DNA of 64,000 nucleotides, from contig NMRA01000292.1 of assembly GCA_002633005.1 (NCBI GenBank), forward strand, positions 62,001 to 126,000, written 5' to 3'. Below, in pieces: positions 19,276-31,783 of the stretch. The translations under genes were made by a program, and so were the position numbers. Every line of letters starts with the position of its first letter. Position 1 is the first letter of the stretch. The stretch comes from Phoronis australis (taxonomy: Eukaryota > Animalia > Phoronida). The notes beneath the pieces were generated by a model. It was not told where the DNA came from, searched no databases, and saw only the letters and a program-made list of their open reading frames with translations.

Positions 19276-22200
19276 CTAACAAGAGAAATCAGTTATATTA
19301 AAGGCGAAGACAACCTTTTTTCATGTCACTTTTAGCAAAAATAAGGTTCGTTGATTATCCTAGACACATTTTTTACTTAATTACAGCTTTTCGTAATTTG
19401 ATTAATTTCTCGTCCTCTACTCCGGAAGTGACGTTTTGGGAGGCAAGAGTTTCGCGCCAATTTCTTTTCATTATAGTCTGACTGTGAGAGCTGTCGAGTC
19501 AGTCATTGTTCTACCTCGGCTGTGATAAATTCGGTCGTCGTTTGCTTTTGTTTACAAGTCAGTCAACATGCCACGCTGTTGCTGCGTGCCAGGATGTACT
19601 CATTATCGTCTCACACGCGCTTTGGGTACCTTGCGTCGCTTTCTGAAGATGACACACTTCGCAGTACTTGACTAACTCGTTCATGTGAAGAATGCAGCGC
19701 TACCCGTCCACGCAACGTACAAAGCAGTGGAGGGTTACCGAGTGTGTGGCAAGCATTTTCTGCTGTCAGATTATGACAGATATGTACGCTGAATTCATGA
19801 AGGTCCCTGCGAAACAACGCCTGAAGAAGGGTACCATACCGTCGCTGTTGATTGCCGGCAGTGCCCTGTCGCCAACCCCGAGAAGTGCGTTTTTGAAGCG
19901 AGAAGCCTCGCGAGCTGTGGCCACTATATACAGTGATTGAAGGCACTTCATCTACTGTCACCCGTGCCTCCGAACGTACCCCATTGCGTGCAATTCCGGG
20001 AACTAGCAGTGATTCGCCCTGTGTTGTTGTCTCTAGCTCCGGCAGAGCCTGTAAGCAGCCCTGCAGCGATGTTGAGTAGTGGGAGTGAATACAGGCCCAG
20101 TTCGACACCCAGTGAAGAGGACAGTTCTTCATCCAATGAACAGATCGGTGAGCCTATGTTTGATAAGTTTATTGTGGACTTGTATTGGAGCTATTTGGAA
20201 GGTGCCAGGTGGGTGACGAGAGAGTCACACGGCGGGATGTAAGCAGTTTTGGTGCTCAGATCACCCTCCAGTGGGACAGTTCTTCCTCTGTACGTGAGAC
20301 GATAATGAGTACAGCCCAGTACGCAGCAACAGCGTGGCATGTTGACTGACTCGTAAGAAAAAGCAAACGACGACCGAACTTATCACAACCGAGGTAAAAC
20401 AATGACTGACTCGACTGCTCTCACAGTCAGACTATAGAAAAGAAATTGGCGCGAAATTCTTGCCTCCCAAAACATCACTTCTGGAGTAGACGACGAGTAA
20501 TTAATTAAATTACGTAAAGCAGTAAATAAGTGAAAAGTATGTCTGGGATAATCAACGAACTTTATTTTTGTTAAAAATGACATGAAAAAAGGTTGCCTTC
20601 GCCTTTAAGCTCTCAAACAAAAAATCCAGTCGTGTTTTCAACGAAGTTGGTGCTAAAAATAGAAGTAAACAAATAAAACTGTGCGCGAGCACGCGCAGAA
20701 TAATAATCAGTAATTGGATCCATAAATGGGGTGACGCTTGAGTACTCAACCCGCCATGAATAGAATCCTACGCTGGTACCCTCACCGGTCGGGCAACATG
20801 ACCGGTTCGCTATAACCTTAAAATCCGCCGTCATCTTCAAAGAAACCATCCAGCTTCAACTGATGTCGTTCTCTGCAGATTAGCTTAGATAGTAAGGCTC
20901 GATATTGCACATCATAAACATGATTGTAATGGCTGCAGTGCCACAATAGTATTTTTTGTAAAATTGAAGAGATCCTGCGAAATAATGTAAACTATAAATC
21001 CGAAATGATGATAGTTCCTCAAAAGCTTGTTAGTACCTTCTGAGACATCGCTTAAATAGGTTGAATATGCATTGTCTTAACTGCGACGGTTTGGTGCACT
21101 TAAAAGTGCACCCATAGCCATAAAAAGTAAAAATAAACGCATCGTAAAGAAAACGTTAATTTGTTGAAAAACGAAAATGATCCGTTTCCAATTCACCTCT
21201 GAATGGATCCTGTCAACCGCAACCACATCACGTCTCTTTGGTACCGGGGATTCGTACAGCGCACCAATCACACCTAGAAAGTATAGGACGTTTCACCATA
21301 CAGATAGTTTTTTTAACCCAGAGTGCTAACATAAAGTACAGGGACGGTAATAAGCAACAAGAATATTGTATACGTGCACCAGAAAACGCAACCCTGTTAC
21401 CAGGAGTGAAAATACTTTCAGTATCAAAGAGCTCAGGTTGTAACATTTGTACTCAAATTCAACCTCGAAACTTTTTTCTCATTTCTACGAAATCAAGATA
21501 AGTGTCTTTTTATACTCTGCATGAGTACAAAGATTAGACCCTGGCCCAGGTCTTTCAAGATAAATCACGTGTTTGATAACGACTAGTTCTGACACAAGCC
21601 GGCGTTCTCGACATGTTTAGAATTGAAAAGATTGTTCTTCGCTGCATTTTTAGCTGTACAGCAAAATGCAGTATGTATACTAAATGCACGTTTCACAGTC
21701 AGTAAACTGTCAAAATATTATTCAGTACACTAAAGTTCACAGGAACGGAAAAGATCACTAGCTGGTCTGAGATAATCGAATTTGTTTCTATAAACCGCGC
21801 CACACGTGGACGATTAATTGGCAGAAAAAAGCAACACACCTCTTGGAATGACCACGTCTACTGGCACCTTCTTGTCGATACTGTTCTTACACGGCAGATA
21901 CTTCCCCAGCTTTCTTCTCGGGTGTAGCAACTTGTTAGCCGGAAACCATGAAGGTGACTTTTGGCTGCTGATGAGACAATGAGGGCACATGTACAGCATA
22001 TCGCATGGAGCACCAGGCCATTGTTTCAAGAGGTTAACAAGCTCGTTGTAGGCGTCTTCAAACTGCGACCACAAGGTCGTGACATTATGGCCCCTTACAG
22101 ATAATGCAACAGAAATGTCCCCTCCGTCCGGTCTTCTGGTTAGCAATACTTTGTCGTCATCGTCGTGTAAATAGACACCATTTTTCCAAACAATGACATC

Positions 22201-25200
22201 TTGTGCCAATTCCTCAAAATGGGTAAACTGTTGGTGCAATATGACGACAGCACGTTCAAAGAAACCAGTGGGGCATTGTACTGGAAAGTTGAATTTCACT
22301 TCATAAAGATACTCATTAGGCGAGGGGGCCAACCACTTTTCCTCCTTAAGAGCAGGTGGTTCGTCATTGCTAAGAAACCAAGGAAACAACAGGCATCTAG
22401 CTCCATCATTTTCTGACACAGTGAAACAAAGGGAAAATTTCTCCAAAAGATGAATCATGGTTCTGGACATGCCCTCGTCTGTAACAAAACGTTTTACTAA
22501 GCAGCGTAGAAGTTTAGACGAAATCCTACCATATTGCAATAAATTTTCTTTTTCCGTTTCAAAGATAATCTTGGTGAAACAGGCTCCGAACACAGAATTG
22601 GTATGGTCAAGTAACGTGTCCATGTCATGATGAAAAACTGACTTCAGAAAGTTTACAATCATTTCTGGCCTGTGGAAAACGCATTGCTTTAGTCGACTGT
22701 CGTCTTTGAACCACAAAAAACCTCCACACCGATGCTGATACGAAAGGAGGGCTTCAGCAGTTTTATATGCCTGGTCTGCTTGAAAGCCAATACTGGATAA
22801 CCCTCGACGCACAATATTGCAAAATTCGCCATACGATATGTAAAGTTTGGCCTTAACATCTTCTGCATTCATTCGGTCTTCTATCGACAGCCAAGAACCT
22901 GGAAGAGTCACGGCTTTTTGCTCGCAACATCTTATCAATGCACGACGAAGGTCAGAAATACCACTCATGGATGCACCAGAGCTTACTACAAACACGTGTT
23001 CAAATTGAATAAAATTTGACCGCAAACACTGCAATTCTCTGCTTTTCGCGGCATAGATGTCTTCGAGATATCTTGAATAACTCTGAAGTTCATCACTTTC
23101 ATCTTCAATGGCGGTCTGCAGTTTCACCTCAATGTTGCTCAGCTGAGATTGCACATAGTCTGCAAACCTGGTCTGTTGGTTTCTGATCTGATCTAAAATG
23201 TCTTTTCTTGATTTTCGAATTGACTCCTTGCTACAGCAGTCACTGTGAGTACAAACTACCATCAGTGTAGACTTTGGCGACATGAACAATATCGAATTCA
23301 CCCAACGACCGACCAAGTCATGGTACTTATCACTTGTATACTGATACAAATCAACAGTTAGCAGTGCAATAACCTCAGAGCACAAAAAGAAGTTGTGTGC
23401 CAACTCATATATTTGATGGCCACCAAAATCTGTGATATGCAACTTCAAGAAATCCTTTACAACCCAGATGTATTTCTGTAGTACATGAGTGCGATCACTG
23501 CTATCAGTTAAAGAAGACCTTCCGTCCTTCAACGTCAATGCCAGGCTAGTTTTACCAGCACCAGTTTCACCTAACAGTACCACCTGTTGTTTGCGAAGGG
23601 AACATTCAGTTTCTCGGAGATCTTTGAAATACTGGAATACTACTTTTGGCCCACAACTGCAAACTTCGAGTGGTGGTCTTGTTAATGGGTTACCGCTGCA
23701 CTTTATGTCTGTCAGAGAATCACACAGATCAAAATATAATGGAAGTTGGTTTATCTCATTATCACGGATGTCGAACACTTCTAATTTGTGAAGTTGTCCT
23801 AACTCTTCAGGTAATCTAGATATCTTGTTGGTTGAACAGTGTAACTCAATTAAATTAGTGCATTCACAAAGACTATTTAAGTCTCCAATCTCGTTGAATG
23901 AAAGATCAATATATTGCAGCTCCCCTAACTTCCTCATACCAGTTGGAATTGTCACCAACTTGTTGTGTGACACGTTTAACCTCTTCAGCTTTGTACATCC
24001 AACAACTGCTGTTATGTCACTTATTTTATTACCGGATAAGTAAACATCCTTCAGCTCTCCTAGTTCCCCTAAATCACTAGGAACATTCTTCAAGTTGTTA
24101 CGATTCACCTTTAGAACATGCAGCTTTGTACAATCAGCAGCAGCTGCAATATCAGTTATCTTATTATTGGATAAGTCAATATGCTTTAGGTCGTTTAAGT
24201 TCCCTAATCCAGTAGGGAGATCCGCTAACTCGTTGGACTTTAGCTTTAATACCTGTAGCTTTGCACATTCGACTACCGGTGAAATGTCAGTTATCTCATT
24301 GAAGGATAAATCTAGCTTCTTCAGTTCACTTAACTTCCCTAAGGAAGTAGGAAGTTCCAATAAATCGTTAGACTTAACCTTTAGCACCTGAAGGTTTGCA
24401 CATTCAATGACAGGTGCAATATCAGATATCTCATTGTAAGATAAATCAAGATCTTTTAATTCATTCAACTTTTTTAGCCCTGTAGGAAGATCCTCTAACT
24501 TGAGATACTTCACCTTTAGTACCTGCAATTTTGAACACTCAACAACAGGTGTAATCTGAGATATCTTATTGTGGGATAAATCGAGACTTCTCAGCTCACC
24601 TAACTTGCTCATCCCATTGGGAATACACTCTAGCTTGTTGTGATTCACCCGTAAGCTCTGCAGTTTTGCACATTCAACAACATGTGCAATGTCAATCACC
24701 TTATTGTGGGACAAATCAAGCTCTTTCAGTTCACATAAATCCCGTAACTTAGCAGGAAGACTAACTACTTTGTTACGATTCATCAATAACTCTTCGAGCT
24801 TTGTACAACCAACAATTGGTGTAATGTCAGCTATCTCATTGCTGGACAAATCAAGATTTCTCAATTCACCTAACTTGCGTAACCCTATAGGAAGACCTAC
24901 TAACTTGTTACGATTCGCACGAAGCTCCAAAAGCTTTTTACATTCAACAGCAGGTGTAATGTCAGTTACCTTATTGTGGGACAAATCAAGCTTCTTCAGT
25001 TCACTTAACTTGACCAACTCCGCAGGAAGGCCATTTAACTGGTTGTCATTCGCCTTTAAAATCTGCAGTTTCGCACATTCAACAACAGGAGTTATGTCAG
25101 TTACCTTATTGTGGGACAAATCAAGCTCCTTTAGCTCACCTAGCGTGGCTAACCCTGCATTAAGGCCCTCTAACTTGTTGTGATTCGACTTTAGTACCGT

Positions 25201-25743
25201 CAACTTTTTACATCCCAAAACAGGGATAAGATCAGTTATCATATTATCAGATAAATCAACGTCCATCAACTCACTTAAATTTCTTATATCAGTTGGAATA
25301 TCACTTAATCTATTTCCAGCTATCCATAACATTTGCAGATTTGTACATGCAGTAACTGGTGACAGGTTACTTATTTCATTGTAACTTAAATTCACTTTTT
25401 CCAGGTGTGTTAACAATTTAATATTGCTTGGGATGACTTGAATGCTATTTAAACAAAAATTCGCATATTTCAGGCTCAAAAGTGAGAATGTCTCCTTCGG
25501 AATTGATACCAGATTGTTTGACGACAAGTCAAGATGTACAAGGTTTTGGCAAGACGCCAGTCTTAGTGGAATTTGATCGTCACTTAAACCCAAATCGCAT
25601 AGGGATGCTGACTGAAGCTTCTCAAACTTCTCTACTGTCGCAGAGTCCGTCAGGTGAGCCTTAACTTCTGAGAAGTATTCCAAAGTTTCGGTTCTCTGCA
25701 AGGCTTTTTCTCCTTGCAAAGCTGCTGCCCATTTGGTTTCCAT
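13765..25743 (-). CDS. Roco-protease fusion: MFHAS1-like LRR-ROC-COR joined to a FAM111-like trypsin-fold serine protease (about 1587 aa, 5 coding exons)
   Basis: Minus-strand exons 25743-21840, 21273-21197, 19275-19053, 15011-14704 and 14016-13765, all GT-AG, junction phases 1,0,1,0 match, total 4764 nt open to TGA. Confidence 0.72.
19302..20604 (+). mobile_element. Kolobok-like non-autonomous DNA transposon with decayed THAP ORF
   Basis: TTAA|AGGCGAAG...CTTCGCCT|TTAA; about 310-bp imperfect TIRs; frameshifted THAP motifs MPRCCCVPGC (19568), YRVCGKHF and RLKKGTIPSL. Confidence 0.8.
21840..25743 (-). CDS. Large exon encoding LRR array + ROC GTPase + COR (MFHAS1/MASL1-like Roco)
   Basis: 1309-aa ORF with about 28 LRRs, P-loop GETGAGKTS, G3 DFGGH, FFL, G4 VCTHSD, a COR region and an MFHAS1-like C-terminal CPHC...FP...C segment; candidate splice donor AG|GTGTGT at 21840/21839. 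Confidence 0.93.
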
Positions 25744-26190
25744 GTGTTCTACCAGACCTGCACATTTCCTAAAGGAAACAAAGTGAGGAAGCTATGGCAA
25801 CAAATTCGCTCAAGACTCGACGCTCACTAGAGGGCGTCAGTGAAGAAAGCTCGAAATTAGAGAGATTGGGAAATCAAGCGTGGAGGCGTTTGTGAAATAA
25901 GGGCTCTTCAGGTATTTTGGGATAGGTTCTACAGACGCAAAAAATCCCGAAAAGAAGATCACGCAAGACTAAGTGAACTTATGCGAGTGAAAGGCGACTG
26001 ATTTCGCGATTATGCCCGGGCGCCTGTACCTAGCAAAATGGTGACAAGTGAAGAGCTCTGTTGGTGATTGTGTTGAATCATGGGATAGAATACAGCCGGG
26101 GCCCGAGTGGGTTTGTAAGGGTTCGATCGAGCCCCCGCGGAAAAGGTCCAGCCCTAGCCTATCCGATAGGATAAGATGGGATATAGATGG

Positions 26191-26222
<32 letters not shown>

Positions 26223-26236
26223 AACAACAACAACAA
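26191..26236. repeat. (ACA)n microsatellite
   Basis: Visible trinucleotide run with one interruption. Confidence 0.9.
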
Positions 26237-28989
26237 AATTGTTGCGGCTACTGGCACTACTAACCACAATCATAACCAAGTTCATGTTAATTTTAAATTT
26301 GCTTCCGATTCAAATTGCTTCACATAATCATCGGGCCATACCCGGCCAGAGTGATATTTGCGTAGATGACAGGATCGTGCAGACGATTAGAGGAGGCTTT
26401 ATGTTATTCATCGGCACTGAACGCGCGTGGTCGCTACATAGGGTAACAAGCGAATCTAAAAGTAAATGTCTCTACCTAGCCAAGCTATATAGCATCGAGA
26501 GAGCTCCCAAAAAGTAATGAGATGTGAATCCCTTAAATTGAATCGACCAAGAAATAAAACAGCAGAAAATGGGGATGTTATCTCCTATTTTGACTTGCTA
26601 ACATAGTATAAAAAGTGCATGCATTTTCAAATTTCGAATTGACAGTGATCGTCAAATATGTTGTTCATCCAGTGTCCACTTTGATTCAGTGGATTGGTGG
26701 AATGACATGCATGCGTGTAGACATGTGTGCGTTTCCATTCTTTTAAATTCAGTACACGCCGACGGTAAGTTCACTGTCTACACTGTCGCTTCTCAAAAAT
26801 CAGACATTAATAACCGTGTTTTCTTGCACTGGGAAATCCGTGCAATGCTGGCTACGAGCCTGGAATGCACTATCTCCGTTCCTCATGAAGACGAATTTTG
26901 TAACTGGGGTTAGCATATCTCTCTAGTCTCTATAATTATCATGAAGAAAATCACCTGACGAGGCCAGGTGTTTTACGACGTGTAGTTCACGTGCTGTGAC
27001 AACTGGACTACAACGACTACGCTGAACTCGACCGTCACATCGATACATGTACAAGCAAAATACTAATGACCATAAATTTTTACTGTACTTTGGTGTAATA
27101 GGCGTTGATCGAGGTAGTGGTTTTTAATGCTCTTGGTTTCGTACTCGTCGACATCACCTTTAATTTTCTATTCTTTTTCTCCAAGTGTGTCTCATCAGAG
27201 CTGTTTGGCAACACATAAGGTTTGCAAGCCGCAATATTGATCAGATAAGATAAGACGCAGGTATCACTTAAGTTTGCTCGGGAATTTTTTTTACACCGGC
27301 GTTTCTGATTGGGTGGTCGAATTCTCAACAGGCAGCGCTTTACGTAAACAAACTGGCATGTCTGATGGAGGAAGTGTAAATGGGGTCTGTTGTACAGACA
27401 AATTGATGCTTAAAATTCATGTTCAAGAAATGTGAATCCCAGAAAATTGTGGTTGCGCCTTTTCGGAGTGCATCTTTCTACTGTCGCTGACTTTTGTTTA
27501 CGTATTCATAATGTAGGAATAACCGTCACACCGTAGTTAAACCAGCCAGATGACGGCGTTTTTCATGCACGCACCAAGGGGGGGGGGGGCTCGAATGAAC
27601 CCCCCATTTGGCGAAGTGGGGAAAAAGGTCCGAGAAAATGAGACAAAATCCACTAAACAAGCACAAACGCGCAATTCACAGTGGTGCTCCCGTTTTTTTT
27701 AGTCCGCCCGCTTTTTTGTTACCAAAAGGGTCCACAACTCCAGCAATTCATGCCCCCCATATTGAAGGCTGGGTGCGAGCATGTGTTTATTGTACGTGTG
27801 TGCTTCAGGCACGCGTCTATTAAACATTACTGCAGAAACGAAATAATTGCTGCTGCGACACTTGACAAGCATAGAAATCGTTTGTAGTCCACCATTTTCC
27901 CACTTTGTTATATAGCTAACCAACGACTGACGAGGTTAAATCAACCAATGATAAAGCGCGTGCTACTGCGTGATACCTGCGTGCTGACTCGGCACGCAGG
28001 AAACCAGCCAGTAGCCAATGCGGCATACCAGCGCCCTCTGTCACGTACATCTAAGCACCCTACCGCTATTGTGTGACTGAATTTTGTCGCGCAGAAAGAT
28101 CATTTTTGTCCTATGACAATGAAAAATTCTTCTAAAACTGAAAAGATGGCCATTTTCGATAACACTCAAGATGGCGTCATCGTTTAATCAATGAATTCAA
28201 GAGAAATTTCAATTTCTTTACAATTACGAATATACCATATATTTATTCTATCACCATTTCTGGAAAGCGTGAAACCCATTAAATTTAGTAACTCTGCCTC
28301 AAAAAGTTAATCCACGGGCCAAATTTTTAGGAATACAAAAGATCGAGCTTTAGATAGATCAATGTGCGATCCGACATTTGTCTTATAAGCACTACAGAAA
28401 TGTATTAGTATTATCTGCTTCACAATATCCTTTTTACGATGATAATCGACAGTCTGTTGCATAACTTCAAGTATCTTGATTCAGCATACAAAAACATAAG
28501 CGCTTTCTGTAAAACTGGTTTTACTTAACTTACAAAGCTGGCTGTAAAAGCTTGCGCTGCTCTGACGTGGAACAATCCAACATGCTCTCCAAAACGAGCT
28601 GCATGACTAACACGTATAGCGAAGGTCAAGATCGATAGCAAATCTTAACTTTTGCTGTGTGGGGACAAACGGTTTTGCCGACTTTTTTCTTAATTTACGC
28701 GAGATTTTCTTAATTTAACCACGGAATATTCAACTATTTTACTCGAATCTTAGGGTAACTGCTTCCCTGATACGGGCATCATTTTAGCCAGGTCGTGAAA
28801 CTTATTGTTCAGAAATTGCAAATTGGCTCACGATAGTCTGACTATTGAGCAGGAAAGACCAGATGGGTAGTGTACTGGGTGTGGTGCTCAGCGAGATTAA
28901 TAAAAGTGGTTCATTATTAATTTAATTCAATGTTTGACATATTTCCATCCTTCAACACTACTGTAATTTTGTGACTCTCGAGCTATTAA

Positions 28990-30490
28990 AGGAGAAGGCA
29001 ACCTTTTTTCATGTCATTTTAGTAAAAATACGGTTCGTTGATTATCCCAGACACATGTTTCAATTAATTGCAGCTTCCCGTAATTTTATTTAATAATTGT
29101 GCCCTATTCCGGAAGTGACGTTTAGGGGTTTAAAAATATGCCGCCACTTTGTTACTGAGTTTACTGTGAGGATCTGTTCTACTGTTGTTTTCGTCCTGGT
29201 TTCCTGACTTTGCCGTCACCACTTCCCCTCGACGAGTATTCTACGACAAGCTAGGTTGTTAGAGAACTTATTAACGTTGGGTTTTGAGATCGTTTAGTTT
29301 GTAATCGCCGGAAAACGGGGCTGGTCGTGTCGGCAACCCATATCACAGACACGGTGACGTAGTGACGAGGATTTTTTTCACGAGCAGTCTGTGGGTGGAT
29401 ATATGTTTGAGCCCAAGTTTAATGAGGCAGAATAAGCACAGGCAGCTGTTGAGAGGTATGAGGCAGAGGCCGAGGACAGACGTGGTGATACGTCTTGGTC
29501 CAAATGCACGGTGCGCACTGTTATGTCAACCTCAATGGAATGCCTATGCTGTTCCCACTGGACGATGACTTGAGCACCCAAACCGCTTACATTCCGCCGA
29601 ATTTTATATTCCCTTGCCACACACCTGGCACCTTCTAAATAGCTCCAATACTTTAGTCAAGTCTACAATAAACTTATCAAAGTTTGGCTCACCGGCCTGT
29701 TCACTGGATGACGAACTGTCCTCCTCACTGGGTGTCGAACTGCCCCCGTATATACTCCTACTACTAGACATCTCTTCAGGTCTGCTTGCAGACTCTGGGC
29801 TGGAGACAACACCAGCATAGTGCAAATCACTGCCAGTTCCCGGAATTGCACGCACGGGTTTCGTTCAGAAGTACGGGTGACATTAGATGAAGGGGCTCCA
29901 GTCACTGTAGAGGCCACAGCTCGCTTCAAAAATGCACTCCTGGGGAAGCGATGGGACACTGCCGCGAATCAACAGCCTTGTTTTGCAGGAACTTTCATCA
30001 ATTCCGCGTACATATATCTTTCGTAATCCGACGGCAGAAAATGCTTGCCACACACTCAGTAATTCTCCACTGCTTTGTACGTTGCGTGGACGGGTGACAT
30101 TTTCACACGAACAAGCCAAGTACGGCGGAGTGTGTCATCTTTCGGAAACCGATATATAAATGGCATACCCAAAGTGCACGTGAGACGATAAAAGTGTATG
30201 TCTCGGTACGCAGCAACCTTGCGGCGTGTTGACTGACATGCAAACAAACGCAAACGACGACTGGACTTATCACAACCAAGGTAAAACATTGACTGACTGG
30301 ACATCTCACACAGTCATGCTGTATGAAAACAAAATGGCTTGACATTCTTAACCCCCTAAACGTCACTTTCGCAGTAAGGCATGAGTAATTAATAAAATTA
30401 CGGGAACCCTTATTAACAGAAGAATACGTCTAAGGTAATAAACGAACCGTATGTTTACTAAAAATCCCACTACAAAGGTTGCCTTCTCCT
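28990..30490. mobile_element. Internally deleted Kolobok-like transposon: THAP/transposase 5' relic on -, KolX/P2X7-like Cys-rich relic on +
   Basis: TTAA|AGGAGAAGGCAACC...GGTTGCCTTCTCCT|ATAA; same TIR family as 19302-20604. Minus strand RVCGKHF and DKFIVDLTKVLELFRRCQVCG; plus strand 29397-29553 GYMFEP...RRGDTSWSKCTVRTVMSTSMECLCC with an in-frame stop. Confidence 0.8.
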
Positions 30491-30679
30491 ATAATAAGAC
30501 TAGACAATGTATCAACCCCGGTTTTTCATGATTCCTGGATGTAAACATTAGGGATCCTCATAAAAGTGCTTTTTCGGAATGGCTCAAGGATTCCGATAAG
30601 TCTGAACACTTTCAAATTAATAAATATTTTATTCAAAATTAAAATAATATTCACGAATTTTTTAACCACTACACCACAA

Positions 30680-30905
30680 AGACATCGGTGTAGTGGTTAA
30701 GGTGCTGGACTTCAATTATCTGTAGCTTCAGAAGTCGTGGGTTCAAATCCTGCCTCGGACAAAAAATCACACCATGTGCCACATATCCCTGCTCGTTCTT
30801 GTAAGGACGTGGAAACACCTGACGATGGCCGGAGAATAGACCGACGTCGTGACAGTGTAAACAGACAAGAGGTCGGTGTAAATAGACCAAGACATTTTAA
30901 TAATA
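30680..30905 (+). mobile_element. tRNA-derived SINE-like element
   Basis: A-box-like GGTGTAGTGGTTAAGG and B-box GGTTCAAATCC followed by a non-tRNA body; no clean acceptor stem. Confidence 0.55.
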
Positions 30906-31117
30906 GTTGTAACACGCCACCACCTCAGAGCGGTTTTAGAAAGTCAAAATCGAATTTCCCGTGCAAACGATACTTCGGTACAAATTTAACTGTTTGGGCG
31001 ATCCCGTCAAACTTTAAAGCGCTCTGCATACTCACTGCGTTTTTAGCACTTTCCGTTCATTTTACAATAGATCATAAATCGTCGACTTTGTACAAGTTTC
31101 AAAATAATTAATACATG

Positions 31118-31783
31118 CGAGACATTATTCCGCATATCGACTTCGACCCTCGGTCTCGGTCGATACGCGGAATCATGCCAAGTGACTGGGATATTACTTC
31201 ATTTACGCCAATCGAGGTAAGTTTTGAATTCATCCCATACGCTTCGAATTCCAAAGTTTCTTTTTTTCGCCAGATTTTTGGATACTTCACCCAGACTATT
31301 CACGTGGCGGATCACATCTTATATGCATGTACTCGCGCGTTAGGTTACAAGTTTTGTCTAGTAAAAGAAACAGTTTTAAATGAAACGATTCATTACTTGA
31401 AAAGAGATAACAAAGATGAAAACAACGGTAACTGTGCATTGAACTTGGAACATTTCCGAGGAATCGGCGCCTGAGTAGCAGACGACATATTATTTAGCAA
31501 TTAAAAATTCAGACAGAAGTGTCACATAATTAACAGTTTTGTACCAGATGTTATCTTTGGGACCTGGTTGCTTGTTGAATGTTATTTATACTGCTGAAAT
31601 TATATTACTTTAAACTATTTTCGAAAAATTTGATGATCGAACCAGCTAACGAAGTCGAGTTGTCATTGACCTACCATTTGAACTTTCCTTGTCAAAGGGC
31701 ACTGTTGAAGTAGTGCGAGAGGTGAATACAGAAAACAATTTCACATGGCCGTATTGCATTCGACTGTTTCAACGCACATGGGA
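31118..31783 (+). repeat. About 670-bp interspersed repeat, copy 1
   Basis: Aligns by eye with 35281-35969. Confidence 0.8.

Noticed and set aside
20786-20872. Possible extra minus-strand exon with AG/GT signals between Roco and protease
   Set aside because: It has a stop in the required frame and an incompatible phase.
21814-21839. C-terminal GVLLFSAN* of the 1309-aa ORF as the true end
   Set aside because: It begins with a GT donor and reads like intron; the downstream exons are phase-compatible. An unspliced short isoform cannot be excluded.
23489-25183. Plus-strand ORFs opposite the LRR/ROC exon
   Set aside because: Antisense shadows of the repetitive coding strand.
30680-30760. tRNA gene
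   Set aside because: A and B boxes are present but there is no proper acceptor or anticodon stem, and it continues into a SINE-like body.
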